Part shown: in pieces, positions 1-11,015 of the stretch
Layout: the number at the start of each line of letters is the position of its first letter
How positions within the stretch are numbered: the first letter of the stretch is position 1
Assembly: GCA_002269645.1 (NCBI GenBank)
Contig: NIVC01000016.1
Span: 434,001 to 498,000 of the forward strand
Length of the DNA: 64,000 bases
DNA from: Macrostomum lignano
Lineage: Eukaryota
Direction of reading: 5' to 3'
Notes under the pieces: model-generated
The model's input: only the letters and a program-made list of their open reading frames with translations
Databases searched by the model: none
Told to the model about the DNA's origin: nothing
Program-made: the position numbers and the translations under genes

Positions 1-627
1 TTAGCTTAGTCTAGACAATAGACATCTTGACATGATTTGACCATATTGACCTATTGAATCTATTGATTAGCTAGATTTAGTCTAATTAGATAAGCAAATA
101 GTCACCTGACTAGGACTTAGTAGGTCCTAATCCATAAAATATATATTGAGCTGTTATCTAGAGTATTCCAAGTGTACTACATTGTACACTATTACTATTA
201 TACTTTAACTTAACCTAATATTGTATTTAATGCCTAGGTGGAGGTATGTAGGGGCCTAATTGCTTTTAGTGTTACCTAAATCTTTTTGTGCTAGTTGCTA
301 AGCAAGGCTCTTTTATCTAGAGGACTCTATTTTGTTGCTTTAATAAAACACAAAAAGAACCTATTTTTTCAAAGAATCAAAGGGGACCAAATGCTTGCTT
401 TCTTATATAAATATAGCTAAAGAGTCAAATAAGTAAATGCAAATTATGTGGGGCTAGCCTAGTTAAGTGCAGTTTAGGCTTAATTTTACATTAATAGTGA
501 AGCAACTTATTTATACTATAGAGTAGTTGAATACAAATTAAGTAGCCTTTGTATATTAAGACCTTGGTATATTATTTCATTCTTCAATAATTTATTAATT
601 TCATTAATGGATTTCAATATATTGAGC

Positions 628-762
628 TTGTCTTGCCTCTAGTTTTGGTATTATTATGGCCATGGAACTAGCTAAGGATATATATAGTTAAAAAAATCGG
701 ATATACATATATCCTTAGCTAGTCCCATGGCCATAATAATACCAAAACTAGAGGCAAGACAA
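628..762. repeat. Long inverted repeat: 56-bp arms, 23-nt spacer
   Basis: 628-683 (ttgtcttgcctctag...gctaaggatatat) is the reverse complement of 707-762, with one mismatch. Confidence 0.9.
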
Positions 763-1517
763 ATATATATATTTCACTTTAAGGGACATCTAATAAATTT
801 CCAACATTGATGGTCCCTTATCTAAACAAGGGGGGTTTGGGGATTAGGTCCCTTAGTGTAGTCCCTTAGGTTTTCTCTAGTCCCCTAAACCAAAAGAATG
901 CCAATGCTAACTAATAAAAAACCCTTGGCTTCAATATTGCTTAGTTGTAATCAGTTGGCTAATAAACTAGCAAGAATAAAAGTATAACTTGCAATTACTA
1001 TCTATGCTATTAAGTATTATATTATCCCTATATATAAATGAGAATATAAAATTCATTGTAAATTTTTCTATAGGTCTATAGTATATAGTATAAAATTGTA
1101 GTAAAATGTTATATTTTTGATAAACTTCTTGCCAATTGTCATAGTCTTTAAGTTCTTAAGTTAAACTATATCAAGACTAAATATTTAGTTAAAATAATTT
1201 GATATATATCTTTTATTATATATTATATATATACAACATATTGTCATATATGTTTATAGTATTTTTTATATTTGTATAAATTAACTTTTTCATCCCAAAT
1301 TCATTTTCTAATTTTTAAGATCAAATAGTTTGCAATTTTTGGATATTTATGTGCTTCTAGGCTTGGTTACAATTTGAAAGTTAAAGTTTTATAAAGTTAT
1401 TTAAGACTTTTGTATTAATATCAAGCTAAGTAATACTTAATATACCTAAGTACCTAAGTAATACTAAATATATACATAATATATATTGCATTTTATCAAT
1501 TTGCAGCTACGCAGTCA

Positions 1518-2037
1518 TGGAAATGGATGATGATCCTGAGGAATGGCATATATCAGACTCCTCAATATCGAATTGTCAATTTATGACACAAACAACAGAC
1601 AAAGCTGCAGGCAAGCCACCTTTTTTAGCAGTTCACCATCATCACCCAGTGGTTTTTTATCAGATACATCGAGCAGCAATTTAGATCATGAGCATGAAGC
1701 TAAAAACCATGAATCATCACTGGACTCAGATGCCAGTTCATGTCCAAGTTCCTTGCCACTACCAGTTCAGAACAACAATTACAACCAAAGTGCAGAGCAA
1801 GCTTTGGCAGATAGCTTGTCATCTACTTCTGGAGGCGACTTCATGGCCATGGGCCAACATTGGCAATACTCCTCATCAGAGAGCATTTATGGTTTCTCTT
1901 CAGATTCTGAAGCTGATGCTGTATTCCAAGCTGCCTCATTAGAGGCAGATCTGGTAGAGTACTGGAGAAATTCAAAAATCACAATGATGATTTTGCTGAA
2001 AATAGTAGTTTACAATTGTAACTTTGTAAGTAAATGA
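1518..2037 (+). other. Degraded Ser/Asp-rich coding-like fragment, origin unknown
   Basis: GC-richer island in AT-rich DNA. Starts MEMDDDPEE and continues in another frame as an acidic Ser-rich ORF (1543-2037). No family motif recognised. Confidence 0.2.
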
Positions 2038-3108
2038 TCCTGTTTTCAAATAATTCTCAATTTAAATAGTTCAGAAATAAATATAGCGTTTTCTAAATAA
2101 ATAAAGCAATATAATTTTGTACCAAATAATCATGAGATCAGCAGTCTAAAAAATCTTGAAAGTCTAAAATCTCGAAAATAGCTATATCAGGTCGTTGTCA
2201 ATGCTTTGTCTTACTTATTTATTTTTGTCGCATTTCTATCAAGGGAAAAAGTGGGAATAAAAAGCTCCGTGACGCGACACCTCTGGGCGGGTCCTAAATG
2301 TGACGCTGGGGCGACCCGCCGAACGCGAACTATAAAAAATAGCACGGAGCACGCGATGATGCACGAATTTCTTAAGGGGGCCCTCTTAGCACTCGATATT
2401 GCATATAATTAAAGTAGAAAAAACTTTTTGCTGTGACGGTACGGGACGCCAGGGCGAACCAGTCCCAGTGATTGATGGCCCACCGGCTGTAACCCAGGAC
2501 GGAACAGGGTTCATAGGGTTTATATGTAAATTTACGAAAATAGTTTGACGTATAAATGGTACGTAAAAGTTACCAAAAACGATTCGTAACATTCACGTGA
2601 AAAATGATGAATATGGTACGTAAACATACGTATCATATTGGCAAAATAGGTAAAAAAAATTTCGTATTTTTTCGTAACTTTACGCAAAATTGTCATGCGG
2701 GATGCAATTGCGCCACGAGGTTTGCTGGATGGCGGCAGACCTCGGCTGCCCTGTGGAAGCCAGCCTCCCAACGGAATTTGCAATGAATTAGGTAATCATA
2801 ATTAACAATACATTGCATTTTGCTAATCTAGGAAAGGTACAATATATTTTGCCGTATCTAGCTGTCTGTACTAAAACTTTAATACCTATTTTGCTACGAT
2901 GAACAATTGCTCTTTTAATTATGCTTACCTCATTATAATATACTCACATGCTTAATATTGGTGCTCTCCTAATAATCTCATGCTTATCTCATTATAATAT
3001 GCATATAGTCTTTATCCACCTTCACTTGTTAATACATTGCTCCTGCTTAATCCTCTACCTTAATATTTAATGGCTCATAGCTCACAGTTGCTCCTACAAT
3101 TACATGAG

Positions 3109-3802
3109 TGTAATTGTACAGGTTAAGTACAATTACACTTAAACGGGCCCACCAGATAAAGTGGGCCCGTTTAACCTGGTTATATTACTGTTGGTAGCTG
3201 ATTTAGCATTTTAATTCACAGCCAATCAGGTAATTTCTTGCTATTTTTGTTTTAATCCTACATTCTTTGTCAAATTCTCCCGTATTTGTTATAATAAGCT
3301 CCGGCCAAGTAAATCGCACTTCCCCCCTTCCGAAGTACTATAAATACGACTGACTCGAAGCAAAATATAATCACATTTCTTCCTTCTTGCGACCTGCGCT
3401 TTACTCGCAGTCTGAAACTCGTTGAAGTCCAAAATATAGGAATATCTAGAAGCCGTATAGGCCAAGATCAGTAAAGCATTAGGCAATAAGCGTTAAATAT
3501 TAGGTATAATTAGGTTAGAAGCTAACGCTGGAAATCCTTGATCCCTGGAAAAAGCTCGGACTTAGCTTAATTTAGACAATGTCTTACCGCTCGGGCACTC
3601 ACAGCTACCACGAGATTTCCAAGAAATCGGGTGAATTAGGATATTTTCTTAAAAAGTAGAAACCAGCACTAGAACAACTCGGTAACAAACAAAGAAATTT
3701 TAGCGAGACAGAAGTTAACCCGGCTAAAACTTAATGGCGCAGTAAGATTTTATAGACGGTAGAAGTAAGAAAACTACCACAACTTGGCGACACTAGTGGG
3801 AT
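3109..3802 (+). mobile_element. Orphan LTR-like segment followed by a primer-binding site
   Basis: CCAAT at ~3222, TATAAATA at 3339-3346, an end ...ACCACA at 3781, then TGGCGACACTAGTGGGAT (3785-3802), which has the geometry of an 18-nt tRNA 3'-end complement (Arg/Ser-GCT-like). The LTR start is a guess (TGT at 3109). Confidence 0.45.
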
Positions 3803-3979
3803 AGATCAACTAGGAGCAAGTAGACCTACAATATAATGTCTTATATGTTAGGCCTATTGTCTTATTATCTTACTGTTGTTTAGCAATAGACTTTAAAAGC
3901 CATATAGATTAGCTATAAAAGGAAATATAGATCAGCTATTAAAAGGAATATGAGTTGTAGTCTTGTCTTTTCGAGTTTT

Positions 3980-4613
3980 CATGGTTATAGAACTGATGTG
4001 GCCGCAGCCTTCTGCTGCAAGCATAGGGCCGCAGTCACATCTTAGGCACCTCTGTGGTGACCTAGATCGACTGCGGAAATACTTTGACAGAAGCACAGCA
4101 GAGCGTCTTCAGGATGAAGTGATTTTTGTGTTACTCTATACGTTGGGTGAACGCGGCCAAGAGCACCTGAAGTTTCTCAAGAAGAAGGGTAATTTGTAGG
4201 AGTTGACGCTGATGGCGAAGCATATCTTGGCCTGACGGATCTGCCAACGAAGAATCAATCGACTGAACCGACACGTGCTAAGAACAATATTACAAAGCAA
4301 GCTCGTCTCTATGGACAGCAGCGAGAGCTTGTAGTCTACTACTACGGCCTTCTACCGGAGAGCACAAAGGATTCATCCTTCTTTCCACGACCATTGACCA
4401 ATGATGGAAGCGGTAACCTTCGGTATTCGGCCAATCAATTTCGAGGCATTAACTGGTTAGCCAACTTCATGCGTCATGTGTGCCAAGTCTGCCATTAGTC
4501 CAAAGCCTGAGATCGTGCAGATGGCAACTAAGGACCGTGACGGGAAAACAAGCATTATTCTCAATTTCAACGGCAAATTCGATAATTGCACCTTTCAAAT
4601 CAAGGGGACGTAA
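3980..4613 (+). pseudogene. Crypton-type tyrosine recombinase (DUF3504 / KCTD1-ZMYM-like) remnant
   Basis: DLDRLRKYFDRSTAERLQDEVIFVLLYTLGERGQEHLKFLKK, a frameshift, then FVGVDADGEAYL..PTKNQ..FFPRPL..YSANQFRGINWLANFMRHVC, and a C-terminal FNGKFDNCTFQI. These match the Crypton YR pattern. Confidence 0.75.
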
Positions 4614-5287
4614 GTCACGGGAAAAGATATGTGATTTGATAAATGCTGATGTGTCATAACAATTAGCTATTGTAATTGCTTTTAATGCTTCACTACACAC
4701 ATTTTAAAGTGCATTATATGTTTTTTCTATGCTTGGTTTTGTTAAAATGTGTGCTTAAATGCGTATTCTGTTTCTCTGTGCTCAATTTGGTGACATGTGT
4801 GTGTAAAGTGCATTTTCTACGTTTTTCTATGCTCTCAATTTGTTTAAATGTATGTAAAAATGCGTATTCTACGTTTTTCCACGCTCAATTTGTTAACGCA
4901 CAGTTTGTGTTAAAATGCGTATTTAGTTCATCTATGCTTTTTGTTTTGTTCATCCATGTATTTGTTAGCGCATGTGTTAAAATGCGTAGCTTTCCTATGA
5001 TTTTCTATTCCTAATGTTTTTCATGCATTGAACGTTTAGTACAATACATATAAAATAAATTGTCTCTGGCAAAATTTTCAATCATCGTTAAACAATCAAT
5101 CTTTGACTGAATCGTTGTTAGTATGGTAAACCATAGTAACAATAACTTTCAATTCTTAGTTGTGCATTTGTTTAGTACAACAACCTTTGCTTAAAATCAA
5201 TATTGCCTATTTAAAAACCACTTTATCTACTAATCTCAATAATATTTCTGCTATATATTTCTGCTATATATTTCTGCTATATTTCTA

Positions 5288-8200
5288 CGGAGGCCCGACG
5301 TGCCCGCAACCAACGCTGCAACGAGCGCCGACGGTAACTACGGATACTGCGGGCCAGCTACCGGCGGATGGGGGACCTAGGGAAGGCGAGGCTGCTGTTC
5401 GGCCGAAAGGAGTCACAGCGACCCCTGCCCCCAGGATACAACCCCCGCTGGTGAGCAACCCAGTAAACCTGCTACCAGCGCAGTCGGGCCTTCGGGAACT
5501 GCCGCCACCAACTACGCCTAAAAGGTCAAGCTCCAACCGGCGGTCATCGTCTTCGAGGAAGAGCAAGACCTCACGGCCAACGAGCATGACAGTGCCTGGC
5601 GCACCATTGATGCTGCGCTCATTGACCAGCTCCTGGCAGGCCGCCCCGTGAGCATGGTCAAATCTGCCAAGACCGACGGCTGCATTTTCATCTGGTGCAA
5701 CTCGGAGGAGAGTAGCCGCAGTCTACGCAAGCTTCTGCCAAAGCTGAACTGGCCCAAGAAGCTCGGCAAGCTCGTCTTCGCCAGCGAGGGCGAGCGACAA
5801 AAAAACCCTGCGTTTTCGCGTCTGGATCCTGGCTGGCAGTGGCATTAAATCTGGAGATCAGCTTAGGCAGATCCTACGGGCTCCTACACCACACCACTTC
5901 CCACAAGGAGAAGGGGGCCACGGTGATCCTAGGGCTCTGCGATGACTGGGCGAAGCGCTTGCCACCTAAGTTCACAATCCACCTTGGCCTGATTCAGCTG
6001 ACCATCCTCCATTGCGAGGAGCGGAAAGCTGATCAAGCCAAGCTTCCAAAACCGGAACTGGGGCCCAGGCTCCTCCGGCAAAGAAGCTGAGGCAAACGGC
6101 CGATCCCAAGCCCAGTAGGGCAGTTCGCGCTGCTGAAACCGGAAATCGCAAAGGCAGACCCGCCAGGAGCACCCGGAGGTCCAGTTTGATCCAGCGCGCG
6201 CTGGACTAAGCCAAGAGCCTCCGGGCATATTGTGAGCGGGCCCGCGCTTCTCGCGCTCCACCCCAACAGCCAGAAGGCCAGACTATAGGCAAGGAGGCGC
6301 CGACCGACTGGTTCGAGTCTGCGACTCACCAGGAGGCTGGCACCGCCCGTATCGATCTGACTGATAAGGTGGAGGGGACGGGCAGTGACAACACTGAAGC
6401 CTGCAGGGGAGGCGACGGTAATGTCCACGCTGGGCTCATGCCCGTGGACTCCACAGCCACCCTAACTGCCGAGGAGCTAGAGGGCTCATGTCCCACCTCC
6501 CGAATTGTAAAAGCACTTACGCTGGACAAAATGTCTAAGCTTTCCTCGGTCAAATGCACCGACGGTACGTCCACGGACAAACCAAGGGAAACGCTTAATG
6601 TAATGCTCACTGCGTTTTTCCCCAATGAGCCAGCTAACCCGACCACTCCGGATCACTCGGAGGGAGGTCGAGCGTTGGCTGCCTCTATCATCACGGAGGA
6701 CCGCATCGTGAGAGCGGCTAACTACTTCAAACTTTTCAAAGCCCCAGGACCCGACGGCATTGTACCTGCTCTTCTAAGAGAGGCGGTTAAATGCCCAGGC
6801 TTCCTGCGTAAACTTTGCAGCCTTTATGGGCGTGCATCACGCTTGGTTATGTCCCACAGGCATGGACCGAGGCAAAGGTGATTTTTATCCCTAAGCCAGG
6901 CCAGGCCGTCCAGACTACCATTCTATCAAATCCTTCAGACTGATCAGCCTCCAACCTCCAACCTCAACCTCCTCTCTGGTCAAGCTGATGGAGAGACTGG
7001 TGCTTTGGCGCCTTCTCTCTGTAGACCTGAAGAACAAGCCTCTTAGCGAGAACCAGCACGCTTTTCGGGCGGGTCGCTCCACTGAAAGCGCGCTGCGCAT
7101 CCAGGTCAATAAACTTGAGAAGGCCGTGCTTGGTAATGGCTTCGCTCTGGGGATCTTCCTGGACATCATTGGCGCCTTTGATAAAGTCCTCTTTAAGGCG
7201 TTCCAAAGAGCTCTTTGTAAGAGGCAAACGCACTCACATCTCAACAGGTGGATCATGTACATGATCAGCCATCGCACGGCCACCGCTAGTCCGCTGGGCC
7301 ACCAGAGGACGGTTCCCCTCTGCAAAGGTAGCCCGCATGGTGGGGTGCTGTCTCCAGTTCTCTGGAACATGGTCATCAATGAGCTCCTTCGGGATGCTCT
7401 GCCTGACCCCATTCTGAAAGTGGGATATGCGGACAATGTCACTGCGGTGGTATCTGGTCCATCCCCTGATACCCTCAGGTACCTTCCTCAGAATTTCATC
7501 GACGCCGCAGCGATCATGTTCACCAGCAGGACCAAGTGGCAGATTCGGCCGCTCACGCTTTACGGAACGGAAATCCCCTTCTGCAAGCAGACTAAATGTC
7601 TAGGTATTACCCTGGACCACAGACTAAACTGGTGCTTGCGAAACATTCAAGCGAAAGCCAAGAGGGCCCTTGCAGTCCTTGCGCAACTGCGCAGGGCTGT
7701 CGGCACCACCTAGGGACTTACCCCCAAGCGCTTCTGGTGGATCTACACTGCAATGGTTAGGCCTGCTATCTCATATGGTATTCTGATCTGGGCCAGTGCC
7801 CTGCAGTTAAAGACTTGCCTGGAGGCTCTCAGAAGGATGCAAAGGTGCGCATGCCGCATGATCATGAGCACCCCCATCTGCTCCTTACGATGGCCTCAAT
7901 GCCTTCTTCAACATTCCCTTACTAGACATCTTTGTCCGCAGGAAAGTGGCTAAGACAGCCATGGCCCTGTGGGGCAGGATACGAATGCTAGCATCAATTA
8001 TATGGTGGGCAAAGCGCAAGCTCTTGCCTCACGCTGACCTTTGCCTCAAGGACTTGAGAGACGGCGGCGGGCTCCACGTCTTATCTGATGGTGAACCCCG
8101 CATTCTCAACTTCTTTCAGCGCTATAAGGTCACCATCCCCTCTAGGGATACTGTTACTGATCACTGGAATTTCTAGGAGGTCCATTGCTATATGGACGGA

Positions 8201-9162
8201 TCCATCAAAGATGGCCTCGCCGGCTGTGGGGTCTGCATCATCATAATGGCCGCGTAATTGCCACGCATGCCTAGCACAATGGCAAACTCTCCACAGTCTT
8301 CCAGAACGAAGTCCTTGCCATCAGCTCCTGCGCTGCAGAGCTGAACACCAAGGGTACGAGAGTAGAGACTATTATCATCCACTTTGATAGCCAAGCGGCC
8401 TTACAGGCCCTTTGCCACACCACAATGAACTCCTGGACAATCGCTGACTGTGTCCGGCAGCTCAACCTCCTGGCCAGTAGCAATACTATTAGGCTGAAGT
8501 GGATCCCAGGGCACGCAGGGTTTCCGGGAAACGAGCTGGCAGACACCCTTGCCACGAGGGGCGGCTATGGCTCTTTCTTTGGCCTTGCCCCCTTGGTCCC
8601 TATGCCCTTGATGGTCATCAATCGTCAGATGGATGACTGGGCGGACTCCCTCAATAGGGAAAGATAGGCAAGCACCCAAAACTACTAGCAATCTCGTGTT
8701 GCGGTTCCGTGTCCCTCTTGCAGGCTCAAAAACATCCTTCTGAAGCAAAATCGGAAGGATATTCGTGCCCTTGTCATGACCCTTACTGGCCATGGCTACC
8801 TTGCCAGACACTGCTTCCTCCGAGACAACCTCGAGAGTGAACTTTGCCCTTTTGTGAGTACGACAATGAAGATGCTCAGCACTTTGTTTGTCACTGCCTT
8901 TTCTTTACCAGAGACCGGCTATGCTACCTTAAGCTGAACCCATCCATTGACGAGGTCTGCCAGCCCGATAGCATCCCATGGCTTATCAAGTTTCTTCAGG
9001 CGACAAGACGAGCCACTTTCTTCCCCACGGAAGATCACGCTGCAGGACGGACTGGCAGACAATCCTGACTGGCCCATACGCCTCTGACATCTGCAGACCT
9101 TCAGGGGCTAGTGGAATGGGCAACCCTCGCCTCCCTGCTATGTCTATTACCTTGCAGCTAAG
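5288..9162 (+). mobile_element. Decayed, 5'-truncated LOA-clade non-LTR retrotransposon (paralog of 10528-16362), endonuclease domain deleted
   Basis: Colinear ORF1, RT (KGSPHGGVLSPVLWN, YADN), RNase H and CCHC fragments with many frameshifts and stops. Shares the 3' end gcagctaag with the intact copy. Confidence 0.92.
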
Positions 9163-10529
9163 CAAAAAAGAGAAAAAGGAGCAGTTTTTGAAAGATATGC
9201 AGAAATCCAACTAGTGCAAGTTGCATCATCCATAGGGATGACTGAATTTAACAGTCGAATATTGCTCTTAGAGTACGTGCTGCAAGCCTGGAAGGAAGGT
9301 ACGGCTCTTGGAATTGAAATTCAAAGTGAACCACTCTAACGCAAACCACTCCAACACCTGCCTCAAAGAGACCGGACAAGCGCATCTGACGAAAATGTTT
9401 TTGACAAATTGTATCACTTCGAAATGTTTCGAGGTAAGTATTATAATCATATATGATATTGACTTGCAAAAAGTTGCAAAGTTTGCAAAGTATTTTTGAG
9501 TTGCTGTTTAGCTTTCATTTAAAATAGCTAGGCTATATGCAATTCCTATATTATATGCATGACCCCATGCACACTAGTGAAGTGATCTTCATTTAAGCAT
9601 GTTATGCCCAATGTTATTTTTTAGTCTAATGCGAACTTCAGAAGGTTTTTCTATCAGGAAAGTACAGCACATGCTTGTGCGGCAGTAAAGATCCTATTGC
9701 GTGAAGCGAACACCAATGAAATGCGTTATAGAAATCATAAATATAATAGCATTCAGTGAGAATGAAGCCTTCCCTTTGTCTCCTGGCCCTCGTCCGCCCT
9801 GGTCCCCTCTCGCCCTCCTGCGCTCGTGTCCTCGCCCCCTCGCCGACCTCAGCTCTCTGCCTCTTCGCCTCCTCAACTGCTCCGCTAGCTTGCCCCAACA
9901 ATCAAGCCTGAACTCTAATATCCTGGTCTAACAGAGATAAATCTGGACAAACGTCAATTCGTGCAACAGTGTTGATAAGTATCATGTGGCTCTATTTTTA
10001 CTGAATTGCTTAACAAATTTGCGTGATCAATATCCTATCAGAAATTGCAACCAACATGAATTAGTAATAAACATATTTGTTGAAGCTTAGAGATCGAGAG
10101 AAGCAAATCGAACCTCGGACTTATTCAATTCACCAGAAGCATCGACGATTGTAGACATCGTCAAAGAGGGGGGAACACCCCCACGACATTTAAAACATTT
10201 GACTGGCTCCCCGACCTTGTTTCTCTCCGTAATTTCCTTCAACATGCCTGGCTTCAATATGCTGGGATAAATACCTCCGTTGAGCTGACTATTAGCCAGT
10301 GATGGCATCTTAGAGTCAGTAAAAAAAAGTTAAAAAGTTTACAAAATGTAAAAACGAATTCAATTTGCTATATATATGTATTAGGGCATTTTTTAAGAAT
10401 GGGAATTAGTAGCGAAGCAGATATGCTTTTTGCCTACTGTCAGTAGTTTAGGTTTGGGAAAGTAATTAGGGCGGGGGAAAATCGCTAGTTTTCGGGATTC
10501 TCTAAAAGTATAGAGCAGTTTGGGGCTCA

Positions 10530-10795
10530 GCATGCCAGTGAAGTATGAGACAGACTAGGCCTACGAGCTAAGGTCTGCGATGCTTCACGCCTGCCCCCAT
10601 CTTCAGCAGGTCAAGGCTGGTGGGAGGTCTGCACCCTCTATTTGCCTCTGGCAGCCGCAGACTCCCCCACGCTGTCTCGCAAGTCGACCCAGGGGTACTC
10701 GTCCCCGCGTGTGTTCAAGGCAGACCCTAGGGCTGCTGGACAGACTGGGCTCCGGCGCTGGCGACCCTATCCAGTGGCTTCGGCCGAATTTGGGT
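10530..10795 (+). ncRNA. Predicted HDV-like self-cleaving ribozyme at the 5' end of the LINE
   Basis: P1 gcatgc (10530-35) with gcgtgt (10707-12); P2 acccag (10687-92) with ttgggt (10790-95); P3 ggg/ccc; L3 tactcgt; P1.1 ac/gt; P4 10715-21 with 10777-83; J4/2 CGAA (10785-88). Folded by eye only. Confidence 0.65.
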
Positions 10796-11015
10796 ATGCG
10801 GGTCTGGCTCACCAGCCTGCAGGCCGTGGTACTGCTTAGCGTACCCTCTAATGCCTAAGGTGTTTGACCGTGCCGATGGGCTGGAAGGCCGGGGAGTAGT
10901 CCGGTCGCTAGCGGTCCTTTTTTTTCAAACCTTTTTTTCAAACCGGCTGGCTTGAGGTGTCGGCCAGTCGGGTACTCAACTCGCATAACGAGTAGCCCTC
11001 CCCCGCTTTTCAGCT

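Noticed and set aside
1-1500. TA-rich decay resembling fungal RIP
   Set aside because: The TE repertoire (Maverick, GIY-YIG Penelope, LOA, NOF) is animal-like; ordinary decay or CpG deamination suffices.
2250-2790. GC-rich patches with an 11-bp hairpin (2716-2744) and TTAAGG as ncRNA or Kolobok end
   Set aside because: No tRNA/snRNA motif and no partner TIR found.
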